From the NCBI GenBank assembly GCA_026995045.1, contig JALWPK010000042.1:12733-76732 (forward strand): a DNA stretch of 64,000 nt, given 5' to 3'. Each line of letters starts with the position of its first letter. Within the stretch, counting starts at the first letter, position 1. Both the position numbers and the translations under genes were made by a program. Below, one piece after another: positions 18,063-28,850 of this stretch. The notes below the pieces were generated by a model that was not told the DNA's origin, searched no databases, and saw nothing but the letters and a program-made list of their open reading frames with translations. This DNA comes from Gammaproteobacteria bacterium (GTDB taxonomy: Bacteria; Pseudomonadota; Gammaproteobacteria; SZUA-229).

Positions 18063-19211
18063 ATGACCCGGTACATTCGGTTTAACGAGCAGAAGGTGGA
18101 GTACGAAGTCGCTAAGCGCGATGGGTACCTGCCTGAGTGCATAAAGTGCGTAAAGACAGACGCACTAACGCTTAACACATCATCCCGTAAGCACGGGCTC
18201 ACGCACACCGGCGCAGTCGGCGTTAGTGCTGCATCGCCATGTAGTGATAAAACAATAGTGCCTGTGCCAAATGCAGGTTTTGCGCGTCTGTATGACGTAC
18301 TAACAACCTCCGAAGTCGATGTCAGTCAGATACCCGGCAAAGCAAATCCAGCTAATGTCAAAGGTGTCGCCGGTAAGCACTACACGCAACCGAAGCTCGG
18401 CGCCGGTGTCGAATACATTGGTGTAATACGCCTGAGCGGCCCATGTAACCACACACCTGAGCACGTAGCTTTGCTGTTATCAAAGATATACGGCAATGTT
18501 TTCACGCCTGTGAAGGATGCGGCACTGGCAGGCACCGATGTATCTGAGACAACGCAGACGAATGCACTCACGGCGGCATTGCAGACATACAGCGCGGAGG
18601 ATAAAATCCTATTGACACAATTGGCCAAACAGGCAGCGCGTAATGCTGCGCGTGACGCCTTCAAGACAGTGTTCGCGACATCCTTCACCGCCGGTCTCAG
18701 CGCGGCTAGGGATACAGGCACAAGGCTGTTCAACGCCAAGCAAGCTACGCCGACTCAGATATTCACAGCGATGGTTGAGCAAGCGTTGCTGACTGACATC
18801 AATCACGTAACCAACGCCGCGTTGAAGAAGGCGCTGATATACAGTGCAGACGATGCGTATTTTGAGCTTGCGAAGCAGTTCAATGTGATGTCTTCTGACA
18901 CAACGGGCGAAACAGGTTCTGACTTGACAAACAGGTTAACACAAGCTACAATAACAGAGATTAGCGTAGATCAAGGGCTAAGGCCAGAAGTCCTCATAGC
19001 CCCTCAAAGCTTGTTTGGTGAGGATTGGCGCTTTGTGACTGAGAAGTTCAACTTCGAAGTAAACCCACCAGTATTAGAATTCTCCGCATATCCAGACACG
19101 CCAATGTCATCGGGCACGTCTATGTCCGCAGGTGCGTGGCTTCTGACAGCGCAAGTTCAGTTTAACGCCGCTATTCTCAACGACACTATAAATTACCGAT
19201 ACAGGATTTAG
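18063..19211 (+). CDS. Hypothetical protein (virion-associated by context)
   Basis: 382-aa ORF whose ATG directly abuts cassette copy B. No motifs recognised. Confidence 0.6.
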   Translation: MTRYIRFNEQKVEYEVAKRDGYLPECIKCVKTDALTLNTSSRKHGLTHTGAVGVSAASPCSDKTIVPVPNAGFARLYDVLTTSEVDVSQIPGKANPANVKGVAGKHYTQPKLGAGVEYIGVIRLSGPCNHTPEHVALLLSKIYGNVFTPVKDAALAGTDVSETTQTNALTAALQTYSAEDKILLTQLAKQAARNAARDAFKTVFATSFTAGLSAARDTGTRLFNAKQATPTQIFTAMVEQALLTDINHVTNAALKKALIYSADDAYFELAKQFNVMSSDTTGETGSDLTNRLTQATITEISVDQGLRPEVLIAPQSLFGEDWRFVTEKFNFEVNPPVLEFSAYPDTPMSSGTSMSAGAWLLTAQVQFNAAILNDTINYRYRI

Positions 19212-19214
19212 CTT

Positions 19215-20072
19215 ATGGCTTGCGTCAAGCAGTATCCGGCCGCGCTGTATTATGACCCTACGCTTGAAACGTATGGCGATTTTAGTACGTCAACAGGTGT
19301 ACCTGATGGCGGGGCGGCGTCGGACATTAAAGAGCGGGCGGATACGCAAAAGCTCACAATAAACCCTACATACTCATTCCAGTCCCATCCTGTGTCTGAG
19401 CAGGAATGCTCAACGATAAACAGCAATCTGAGTGCGCAGGAATCGGAATGTGCAGAAGCCCGTATATCTGAGCGCACGCAGCACTATAATATGTGCAGGG
19501 CCACTGGCGCGTATGTGTTGCGCACAATCGTGGCCCGTGTTAAAGACAGATGCGCACCAACTGGTGAAATAGTCAGGGAGTGCAGACGGTGTTATCACCA
19601 ACGCTCTCGCGCGCCTGAGAAGTGGTGGCGCGGCCCAACGACGGATGCGGCTGAGGCTGAGAAAGGCCCTACAGTCAAGCTAAAAGCGCGTCTCTATAAG
19701 CCCGACAATCGGGTAGACACAATCGCCACTGATCCTTATATAAAGCAGGAAGCGCGCTTTTACTGCCTAGAGTACTCACATGATGAGATACTGACCACGT
19801 TGGTTCAGCAGTGTATTGACGGAACCGCAGCGTATTATGATGAGCATCCATATATCAGCCCAACAGGATCAGGCGGCATCTCATTCTGCATAGCGTTTTA
19901 TAACAACGCTTTTTCGCGCGCTGACACTGAGCGTCAAAAGGTCATTGATCATTTGGACAATAAATATGATCCGCCGTTTGATTCCTACTCAGACGACTAT
20001 GATACAGCCATAGCAAAGCGCATTACCGCCGCTGAGAAAGCGCGGGCGCGTAAACGTAAGAAGAAGAAGTAA
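19215..20072 (+). CDS. Hypothetical Cys-rich protein with a polybasic C-terminus (ARARKRKKKK)
   Basis: 285-aa ORF tightly packed between 18063..19211 and the next giant gene. Confidence 0.6.
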   Translation: MACVKQYPAALYYDPTLETYGDFSTSTGVPDGGAASDIKERADTQKLTINPTYSFQSHPVSEQECSTINSNLSAQESECAEARISERTQHYNMCRATGAYVLRTIVARVKDRCAPTGEIVRECRRCYHQRSRAPEKWWRGPTTDAAEAEKGPTVKLKARLYKPDNRVDTIATDPYIKQEARFYCLEYSHDEILTTLVQQCIDGTAAYYDEHPYISPTGSGGISFCIAFYNNAFSRADTERQKVIDHLDNKYDPPFDSYSDDYDTAIAKRITAAEKARARKRKKKK

Positions 20073-20073
20073 G

Positions 20074-23000
20074 TTGGCACGACGCAAATTCACCGAGGAT
20101 GATCATCTCAACGCTGCGTGGTACACGCGGCAAGTGCCTGTCAATGACATATGCAGGGACATGCCACAAGCGGATTGTATTGACTACAACCTTGCAACAT
20201 ATAAGCCCAACGATGAATATGAGCCCGCTGCCATCGCCGCTATGATCAAGGAAGGCTACGACGGCAATGAAGTGTCACCTGTGTTGGGCCATATGCTCAG
20301 CAACCTGAATGGGCTGAACCACGCCGGTGTTGCGGCGTTTTGTGCTGAGGACACTATAGAGAAGTTTGGCGAGTACCCGCATGAAGAGGACTGCTTCTGC
20401 TTAAATTACAGCTACGCCGAAACCGATAAGGATAACAGTACAACAACGCTCGGCGCAGATGCGAATGCCGAGGACAGTGTAAACACAGATACGCTGACTG
20501 CCAATAGTGTAACAGTCACCGATGAATTCACGCAGCCGTCTATCGCGCGTGCTGATATAGAGGGCGTTGTAATCCCTGAGCAGTATGGGACAGTGCTGTT
20601 GACTGGTGACATCATATGGATGGACACGCCGTACTATGACGTTACAACACATTTTTACAACGATGTGCAGCGTGCAGCAATTGCCGATGACCCGGCTTTG
20701 CAGGGACCTAACAACGCAGCAAAGACTTTTGCAGGCAAGGATTCTTTTGACGCGTCATCTGTGACCGTGCTCGATAGGGCGCCTGTACCTAACAAACGCC
20801 TGACGAAAAAACGTATTGCGCGTACAAACGTGATCATAAGTCTAGGCGTACGCAAACCTGCATCAATTCTCACGGTGTACGTCAACGGCGCACCGATAAG
20901 TCAGGACAAATACAGGTTTGGGAACGGTGTATCATTCGCGCATAATGGGGACTTGAATGCACTGCATTACATCCCAGCGTACAAAGACCTGACAACGCTG
21001 ATAGTTGAAGGTGTTGAGGTTACAACGGACCTTAAGATACAGGCATTGGCGTCGTTTTCGAAAGTGCTGAATCCGAAGAGTCCGTTTCAACAAGGCGCTG
21101 CACCGCTTCAGACACCTGATCCAGCGCTTAAATTCTTACGCAATAGCGTATTATATCGCAACACTACAACAAACACGCTTAGACAGGTGTCGCGCATACC
21201 GCCATACACAGAAGCGCCTGCCAGCTATGACATACAGCTCCCAGCAGGTGTCACACTGTACGATGTCGCTAATGACGGAACAGTTGTGTATTACGACGCA
21301 GCCAATAGCTCTATTATAAAGACATCGGCAACAGGTGTTGCGACAACGTTGTTTCATAACCTCACAGCATCGCCGACGTTTGTGAAGTTAGGAAACAACA
21401 CACTGTGCTTTGATGATGTGGCCAACAGTCAACTCGTTGTAGCGCCGCTAGGTGGCAACGTCACACGTATTGATTATCCAGCAGGTACAACAGTCTCTAA
21501 GGCAGTTGTGTTTGACGACGCATTCGTAGACGTGTTCGTCAACAACTATTCCGCAGTTCTCCGCATCGAGCTGACCGGCGGTGTGTCGGCTACGCAGTTT
21601 AACCTGATCAACGCAACAAACGTGGCGAATGTCGCCAGCACGGCGGACAGGTATCTGGTGTTCAGCGACGACGGCCTCGATGTATACCGCCTATCTGACA
21701 TCACGCACATGAAGCGCATCAAAGCAGCGCCGAGTACCGTTGGGACAATCATAGCCGCAAGTACGTACTCTGAGAACACGAATACGTATGCGTATGTATC
21801 CGGTATGTCCCTGTACGTCGTTGATATGAATACTTATAACATAAACATGCACGCGCTGCCTGATGCGGTATTTGCGGCGCCAAAGCTACAGGCATATAAG
21901 GATGGCGAGTTACTGTGCCTTTGCGCCGATGATATTATACGGATTGCAACAGTGAGCGCTGTTACAGGTTATGGCGCTGACGTCGCTGTGAAGGACATAC
22001 TAACCGCGCTTGGGCACCCAAAACCAGACTATGCGGATGTGTTTATGCGGGGCTTCACATCAAACAACAACGTTGAGGCCATGGATGCGCTGCTGCGTGT
22101 GTATAGTCATCCGCGTGCGTCATCCGGTGTGCCGACAGTGGACATATCAGCATCGCAAAACTTGTACGATACAAAGGCTACAACATATGTCGATGACACA
22201 ACTGCACTGTCCATCACGTACAAGAGCACGTCAATCAATGACGACGACGGCTTGGTCACAGCGGAATATCGACGCAATAATACGTCAGGCGGAACCACTC
22301 AGGACATCCGCATAAACGCATTCTACTCTGACACGCAGGCAAGCTTGGCGGCGGCTAACGCTTTTGAACAGTTTGTTGCGCGCAATGACGTTGTCGAGAT
22401 CACGACTAGATCACTTGCTGAGGAGCTTGGGGATACAATCCGCGCGCCTAATGGAGTGTTGTATGTTATATATGACTATACAGTCGGTATTGACGGCATA
22501 GTCAGTTATAAAGCACACAGGGCAGCAGTTCCAGAAGTGACACAGGCACCGTATAACGCTGTTGTCGAAGACACTGCGCAGTCGTCTGAAGCTGTTATCA
22601 CATGGGACTTTGATAATACAGAGCTGCTACACATTCCTATACGTATAACAGACACAAGCACATCCAGTCTATGCTATAGAGGCGCAAAGCCATCAGCGTT
22701 GTGCGTTGATGGGGACTGCACTGTAGCGCCACCGGCGCAGCCAATGGTGTTGTCAGGCGTGCTTGTGCCACCGATGCCCAGATATAATACATTTAACGGC
22801 GCTATGGCTGTAGATGACTTTGTATATGTGAAATTCGATGTGAATCCTTCCGCAAGTTTAAGCGCCGCAACGTACACACAACTGCTCGATGACGCTTATC
22901 TGAATCTGTTGTTCGTTGGGTATGAAGCCATCCAGTTCACCGACTTTGTTTTGATGCCGGACAACGTTACTGTGAAGTTCACAGGACTGTTGAGAGGGCG

Positions 23001-23547
23001 GATGAATACCGCATTCTTCACTAACTTCCACCGCGCTGGTGAGTTGTGCTTTGTATATTCTTCAGACACGGTTGTGCCGATCACCGTAAATAACAGATCA
23101 TTCATGGTAAGCGCCAACGACACTACAACCGATGCGCGTCTTGTAACGAATGATATTCTGGGATATGACGATACAGTTACGGTGAACAGCATTGGCTATA
23201 CAGACAGTAGGCAGCGTCGTATATTGCTACGATACAATGCGAAAGAGCCAGACGGTTTTCTGTATCTTAGCACACGTCCCATAATATGGAACCAGCCGTC
23301 GGAGTATGTGTTCTCTGTGAACGAGGTCGTTAGCACATCAACAAACCTGATAGATGTGCCCCTACACAATGGTGATGTACTGTACTGGATGATCACGGCT
23401 GATAACACTCTTCCAGCATATGGCGTGTTACAGACGCATCCAACTAGTAGAACAATGCGCGTGACTAAGACAGGCGCGTATTGTGTAACGGCGCCTAGGA
23501 ACAGCGCTGGCGTTAGCAAACTAACCACACATGTAGCGATGGTATAA
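20074..23547 (+). CDS. Giant tail protein 2 (paralog-like; gpJ/GTA g15-type motif)
   Basis: 1157 aa, TTG start 1 nt after the upstream stop. It contains LLFVGYEAIQFTDFVLMPDNVTVKFTGLLRGRMNT, equivalent to the motif in 14461..17862. Confidence 0.6.
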   Translation: MARRKFTEDDHLNAAWYTRQVPVNDICRDMPQADCIDYNLATYKPNDEYEPAAIAAMIKEGYDGNEVSPVLGHMLSNLNGLNHAGVAAFCAEDTIEKFGEYPHEEDCFCLNYSYAETDKDNSTTTLGADANAEDSVNTDTLTANSVTVTDEFTQPSIARADIEGVVIPEQYGTVLLTGDIIWMDTPYYDVTTHFYNDVQRAAIADDPALQGPNNAAKTFAGKDSFDASSVTVLDRAPVPNKRLTKKRIARTNVIISLGVRKPASILTVYVNGAPISQDKYRFGNGVSFAHNGDLNALHYIPAYKDLTTLIVEGVEVTTDLKIQALASFSKVLNPKSPFQQGAAPLQTPDPALKFLRNSVLYRNTTTNTLRQVSRIPPYTEAPASYDIQLPAGVTLYDVANDGTVVYYDAANSSIIKTSATGVATTLFHNLTASPTFVKLGNNTLCFDDVANSQLVVAPLGGNVTRIDYPAGTTVSKAVVFDDAFVDVFVNNYSAVLRIELTGGVSATQFNLINATNVANVASTADRYLVFSDDGLDVYRLSDITHMKRIKAAPSTVGTIIAASTYSENTNTYAYVSGMSLYVVDMNTYNINMHALPDAVFAAPKLQAYKDGELLCLCADDIIRIATVSAVTGYGADVAVKDILTALGHPKPDYADVFMRGFTSNNNVEAMDALLRVYSHPRASSGVPTVDISASQNLYDTKATTYVDDTTALSITYKSTSINDDDGLVTAEYRRNNTSGGTTQDIRINAFYSDTQASLAAANAFEQFVARNDVVEITTRSLAEELGDTIRAPNGVLYVIYDYTVGIDGIVSYKAHRAAVPEVTQAPYNAVVEDTAQSSEAVITWDFDNTELLHIPIRITDTSTSSLCYRGAKPSALCVDGDCTVAPPAQPMVLSGVLVPPMPRYNTFNGAMAVDDFVYVKFDVNPSASLSAATYTQLLDDAYLNLLFVGYEAIQFTDFVLMPDNVTVKFTGLLRGRMNTAFFTNFHRAGELCFVYSSDTVVPITVNNRSFMVSANDTTTDARLVTNDILGYDDTVTVNSIGYTDSRQRRILLRYNAKEPDGFLYLSTRPIIWNQPSEYVFSVNEVVSTSTNLIDVPLHNGDVLYWMITADNTLPAYGVLQTHPTSRTMRVTKTGAYCVTAPRNSAGVSKLTTHVAMV

Positions 23548-26500
23548 TGGCTATTGACTTTTCCAAGAAGTGGACCACCACAGGTATCGCTGATATACCC
23601 AACGACGGGTACGACGGTTCAAACTCGTGCATAGAGCGCGCCGAGACGGCGTGTAGTGGCGTTGCTTCGACGGAGTATAACGCCTGTGTGCAGGCCAGAC
23701 TGCGCAGTTTTGGCTGTACGCCGAGCGCGTCGCCAGAGAAGCGTACAGCGGCTACGCAGGTCCAGATGTCTGCGCGACGGGGGACACCGCTAAGAGACGG
23801 ATTCGTACCTGATGAAGAGTTGTCAGGTGTGGCTGAAACAGATGTGCGCGACGGCGTGCGGTACACGTATTCATTAGACAAGCCTAAACCGGCGAAGAAG
23901 AAGAAGAAACTCAAAAAGTCGAAGGATGGGCATAAGGCGCATGTGCTTGAGGATTATCGCTCGATAAAGAGCGATGCCATTGATGTCAGTGATGTGTTTT
24001 CGTCGGATGTTGTGTTATCTCAGCAGTGCAACACAGCGCAGTTCAACGCGATGTACCCTGAAGCAGTAGCCTCAAAACTTGGCCTGTCTCAAATACCGCT
24101 TGGATATGGTCCTAACTGTAATCCTAGTAAAGAGCAAGGCGAGAAAGAGGCGCGCATATGTTATCACGATGCGTATATGGGATGCGTTGTAAAGTTTTTG
24201 GAAGATCAGAAGGCGGCTGCTGAGCGTGCGTTGGAAGTGGCTGAGACAAATCACGCGAACAGGTTGGACTATGAAGCCGACAAGCGGCTACGTGCGCGTG
24301 GTGCTAAAGGGATTGCTGTATCCCAGCCATTCCATGAGTTAGCTATTCCGTTCCACAGAGTGACAAGTGTTGAAGAGTGTATGTCTGCGCTGACGTATCA
24401 GGGGGATGACCCCGTTGATTGGCGGCAGGACACACGCTCTGTGACAAGACGCCGCGACGAAAACGATTCTGACAAACAGGCGACGGACACAGAGCCACAG
24501 TTCTGCTTGGATACAGCCGTTGTGCCGAAGCAAAATACCGTAGACATTATAACGGATATCAATCCTCTAGCTGCACAGTCCGGTGTTGCCAAATATGATC
24601 AACGGTTGAATGTGCGTAGACTTATTCGTAGTCATGTTATGGAGGCGCTTGGTCCGGCGAAAGGTGAGCTAACTGACTGCTCGTGCAGCAAGTGTCTTGT
24701 TGTGCAGAACAAGTCATATGACAGTTCATCAACGGAAGGCGCACAAGCGGCGCTAGTCACCGCCGCACTTGAGCGTAAGGCCAACACATCACCGGATGAC
24801 TTAATCGCGACAAGTGAAGCTGAAAGCGTAGGTGTGATTCTCCCTTATGTCGTTGGGCGGATAATCATACGCGGCACAGTTATAACCGTTGACGAAGAGC
24901 AGGCGGCGGCGTGCGGCTTAGCTCATCCTAGGTTTGACTGTGTTGTGAAGCTTGCCGCCAATCGCGTAGATAAGGTTGTGCGCATTCTTCGACTAGGCGC
25001 TGATGTTACGAATGATGTAGCGTTTGAGTTGTTTTACACCGCTGATGGTCATAGCGCTGTGCGTATGTTCGGCGTGCCTAAAGAGTGGCTGAAGGCCGAG
25101 GGCACGTTAGATGTTGTGTTCGACACATACACAGCGGTGGAGCTTGTTCCAACTGTAAAGCTACGGTCTGACATAGCTGTAAGCACGCGCAGTACCGTTG
25201 TACGCGCTGATATGCGTCGCGTATATGTGAACACAACTACCAATGCGGTTGACGTCTATAGTATAGTGACAGGTGCGAAGCTAGAAACACTCAACGTCAT
25301 AATCAACGCCGGTGATGTCTGGGACGTAACACCTGTTGGGGATGTTGTTATAAAGCGCAACGGCACTGGTGATGTTGATCTATATATCCCGGCCACAGAT
25401 ACGCTAAAAACCTTTGCGAATGTCGTAAATCCAGCAACGGCGGATTTCAGCTACTCGTTGAGCGGTGCTGTGAATCTTGTAAAGTCGAAGCGTTACCAGT
25501 ACGAGACATTGCGAGGTAATCCGCGCGCAGAATTCGATACATGGATACCGCTAAAAGCTGGCGAGGCGTACACGTCAGCTTACAACATTCACAGCAACCA
25601 CGGCAGTGACACCGCAAAGGTCATATCTGTGCCAGCGCACGTTATTGATGCTGATTTAGCCGACGCGCAAACGTATTATAAGGATGTATTCCCCGGAGGT
25701 GAGTTACGTGGCGGTGTGTCTGTTGATGAGTACGGCTCCGATGTGTTTATCCTTCACAACGAGAATTCTTTCAGCATAACGGTTGCGGAGTTTGCTAAGA
25801 ACTACACCGCCGCTAACGCGCCGTTGATTGACACGGTTGCGGCTTATGCGGTGGACTACGACTTCAACAGCAACCTGAAGACCGGAATGGCGGCGCACAG
25901 CCGGACAACATACCTGACGCCTCAGCGTTTTTTCACCAGAGACAACGGCGTTGGTCAAGTACTATTCTCACCTGAATATCAAAAGCTAGTGGTCAACGAC
26001 GGCGCGAATTGGTTCATTGCGGAGCATCGCCTTAGTTTGTTCGAAGCAGGTTTATTCAACTCAGCCAACGCTTCAGTGTCTATGGCACAATCATACATGA
26101 AGCAGATCAATGCACCTCAGCCTGCTGCTAGAGTGACACTCAGTGTTACATCCGATTCCCGCATCAGCATGGGGCGCGAAGCGGTATTTCAGTACATAGA
26201 CACAAATGGAGACATGATTGAGTTTGATGTCGCCAATGACACTTGGCGCAAAGTCGGTGTCGTAAACGAAGCGCGCAACATAACGTCACAGACATACACA
26301 ACGTACGACGGCGGCACCGTGATCTACACAACAGACGACGGCGCGGTAAATGCTGTTACGCCAAACAGCAGTGCCGTGTTCTTCGATGTCGCCGCAGGCC
26401 TTGTGAAAATGTTCAGCTTCCTTGGTATTAAGGCAAATGCGGTTGACTCTGTGCCGTCGTTCTTGACCGGCTTTGCGCTGATAGGCGATTCCACTGTTGA

Positions 26501-28850
26501 GTTGTTGAAGAATCTGTACTATGCAACGGGTGTTGTAGCTGATTTCAATACAGGCACAGACGTCGTAGAGGTGCGCAAAGCCGAAACGCTGAAGCTGGAT
26601 ATACAGCAGCACAAGTACTATAGAGATCATATTATCTTTGCCGATGAACCTGAAGAGACTCCCACGGTTGATATATCGTACTTGGAACCGGCGCACGGTG
26701 TGAGGGAACTATACACGCGTACAGCAGACACATCCAAACTCCTAAGCATGAAGACCAATGCGAGTGTTTGGGACATCGCGTCGGTGGTGGACAACGCGCA
26801 GGAACTCGCAAAACGCCGGTCTGACGGCGACACGATTGTACTGTCTGTTGCCGAAGCGCTGGCGAGTCCGTATGAGGACATTACCTTTGACACTGCAAAG
26901 TTCAGCGCTGGCGTTGAACAACGTTACAGGGATGGTTTGGTCAAATATCCATCCGGTGCCGACGCCTTGCTGATATTCACAACTGACGCTGCGGCGTCTG
27001 CCGACGTCGCACGTCCAGTGTTTGACGGTACAGATACATTGAACGACATTGGACAGCTTAACTGGGGAAAAATAGCTACAATCCCAAACAGTTTTGATCT
27101 GACCTTCACAGCCTACGGCACAGCGGATGCCGCAACGTTAAACACCGCTAAGGGGCTGTTCGGGCTGCGCAACAACGAGTGGATACTGTTCGACGCGGCT
27201 GTGCATGTATCTGGCAACACATACACGTTGCAGAACGCACGTAGAGGCGTACACCACTCACACTACGCTAGAGATTTTAACATACGTTATGCTGACAATG
27301 ACAAAGACGACGGTGTCTGGCTAGTGCGCGCTGTTCCTGATACATACGCGCTACCGGCCAAACCAGCAGCCATCGACAACGCTATTGTTTTGCCACAACA
27401 TGCCATGTCTGCGCAAGTTCCGCTGCAAACACGCTTCTACAACAAAATTCCTGCACCGACCAATATTGTCGTTGGCGAGGATGTCATTAGTTGGACTTCG
27501 CAAAACATCATAGACGACAGGCAGCTTGGCACAGGTGAATATATTGTAGGGTTCTTCTGGGGCTATATGCGCGACGGTATGGATGCGTTGTATTTGCTCA
27601 ACACATTATCAAGGACAAACCCTGAATCTTACAACGATGTTCTATATAAAGGTGAGAACAGATTCCTACACGCGAAGTATGTCACCGGCACTGATATGTT
27701 GTTCCCAAAAGACTATAAGGCGAATCTGGTTGACAGTATCACCAAACACACGGTGACGCCGATTGACATACCTGATACATCAATACCCTTCCAGACAGAT
27801 AATGGATGGTGGTTCTACTCTGATACCGAGCAGGCCGTCGCAGCGGCGCTCACAGCCTTGAACCATCCTGCATACTGGAAAGGCTTTGTACGCGGCACCA
27901 GTCCCGCGCATCCGGCATTTTATGAGTGGATGAAGCGGCTGCTCGTCCCTTCATATAACGGCTGGCATTGGACATGGGACGGCGCTGGTGATGTTATTCA
28001 GGTAATGCCCGAGCTGCCCAAGCTGACTGGGCTTTATGACTACTATGGCGACGGCGCTAAGAATCCCGGAAAAGTTGTGTATCCGGCTGCGGATGTGGGA
28101 AAACTTGCTGAAACGTGGTTTCCAGCGTTTCCCGTTCCTTCCACAGTGTTCCCAATCCGTCACTTTCTAAGCCTGTTCTTGTATAAGCTCGCATCACAGC
28201 GTTTCCCGTTGGTAGATGTCGCACTCAACAGAACTGAGTATCACAATCCAAACACAACACTGTATAACGAGCCCGGCGGAATGCCTAGATACAGTAGCCC
28301 ATTCACTGAAAAACTTCATGTCGCGCGTATTCTGCTGGATCAATTCTATGGCGTACAGACACCTTCAGCAGCCGACAAAACACTTCTCAACGAGTACGGA
28401 CTGGGCGGACTATACACACTACAGACGCACGATGCCGCCAGTACTCACCTGAATGCGCTAGTAAACGAAGCACTGTATAAGGACACAGAGCATTATTTGG
28501 CGCTGCACAACGCTGAGAAAATCGGCATCATCATTGCTGAAGTACAGACTGACGGCACGCTCGGGCACTTTGAACTGCTGGAAGGTGTTGCGCCAGCAAA
28601 GAAGCATGAATGGTGTGTAACAGACAGGCTGAACAACTCAGCTAAGGTACATAAGAGCACAACATACGCGCTGATTGAGGAACTCGGCGTCGGGTGCTCC
28701 ATGTTCTCGATGACGCTGGTTGTGCCTAAATACACGCCACCTGTAAATGCGATGCGTGTGCGTAAGGCGACGACGTACGCAGCAATCGTCAGGGAGTCAA
28801 ACAGGCTGTTGAAGACAGGTACATATTGCGCGTTCGCGCCAAAGGCCTAG
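23547..28850 (+). CDS. Giant tail protein 3 (paralog-like; gpJ/GTA g15-type motif)
   Basis: 1767 aa with a TAATG overlap with the upstream gene. It contains GLFGLRNNEWILFDAAVHVSGNTYTLQNARRGVHHS. The N-terminal roughly 125 aa are Cys-containing and end in KPKPAKKKKKLKKSK. Confidence 0.6.
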   Translation: MAIDFSKKWTTTGIADIPNDGYDGSNSCIERAETACSGVASTEYNACVQARLRSFGCTPSASPEKRTAATQVQMSARRGTPLRDGFVPDEELSGVAETDVRDGVRYTYSLDKPKPAKKKKKLKKSKDGHKAHVLEDYRSIKSDAIDVSDVFSSDVVLSQQCNTAQFNAMYPEAVASKLGLSQIPLGYGPNCNPSKEQGEKEARICYHDAYMGCVVKFLEDQKAAAERALEVAETNHANRLDYEADKRLRARGAKGIAVSQPFHELAIPFHRVTSVEECMSALTYQGDDPVDWRQDTRSVTRRRDENDSDKQATDTEPQFCLDTAVVPKQNTVDIITDINPLAAQSGVAKYDQRLNVRRLIRSHVMEALGPAKGELTDCSCSKCLVVQNKSYDSSSTEGAQAALVTAALERKANTSPDDLIATSEAESVGVILPYVVGRIIIRGTVITVDEEQAAACGLAHPRFDCVVKLAANRVDKVVRILRLGADVTNDVAFELFYTADGHSAVRMFGVPKEWLKAEGTLDVVFDTYTAVELVPTVKLRSDIAVSTRSTVVRADMRRVYVNTTTNAVDVYSIVTGAKLETLNVIINAGDVWDVTPVGDVVIKRNGTGDVDLYIPATDTLKTFANVVNPATADFSYSLSGAVNLVKSKRYQYETLRGNPRAEFDTWIPLKAGEAYTSAYNIHSNHGSDTAKVISVPAHVIDADLADAQTYYKDVFPGGELRGGVSVDEYGSDVFILHNENSFSITVAEFAKNYTAANAPLIDTVAAYAVDYDFNSNLKTGMAAHSRTTYLTPQRFFTRDNGVGQVLFSPEYQKLVVNDGANWFIAEHRLSLFEAGLFNSANASVSMAQSYMKQINAPQPAARVTLSVTSDSRISMGREAVFQYIDTNGDMIEFDVANDTWRKVGVVNEARNITSQTYTTYDGGTVIYTTDDGAVNAVTPNSSAVFFDVAAGLVKMFSFLGIKANAVDSVPSFLTGFALIGDSTVELLKNLYYATGVVADFNTGTDVVEVRKAETLKLDIQQHKYYRDHIIFADEPEETPTVDISYLEPAHGVRELYTRTADTSKLLSMKTNASVWDIASVVDNAQELAKRRSDGDTIVLSVAEALASPYEDITFDTAKFSAGVEQRYRDGLVKYPSGADALLIFTTDAAASADVARPVFDGTDTLNDIGQLNWGKIATIPNSFDLTFTAYGTADAATLNTAKGLFGLRNNEWILFDAAVHVSGNTYTLQNARRGVHHSHYARDFNIRYADNDKDDGVWLVRAVPDTYALPAKPAAIDNAIVLPQHAMSAQVPLQTRFYNKIPAPTNIVVGEDVISWTSQNIIDDRQLGTGEYIVGFFWGYMRDGMDALYLLNTLSRTNPESYNDVLYKGENRFLHAKYVTGTDMLFPKDYKANLVDSITKHTVTPIDIPDTSIPFQTDNGWWFYSDTEQAVAAALTALNHPAYWKGFVRGTSPAHPAFYEWMKRLLVPSYNGWHWTWDGAGDVIQVMPELPKLTGLYDYYGDGAKNPGKVVYPAADVGKLAETWFPAFPVPSTVFPIRHFLSLFLYKLASQRFPLVDVALNRTEYHNPNTTLYNEPGGMPRYSSPFTEKLHVARILLDQFYGVQTPSAADKTLLNEYGLGGLYTLQTHDAASTHLNALVNEALYKDTEHYLALHNAEKIGIIIAEVQTDGTLGHFELLEGVAPAKKHEWCVTDRLNNSAKVHKSTTYALIEELGVGCSMFSMTLVVPKYTPPVNAMRVRKATTYAAIVRESNRLLKTGTYCAFAPKA

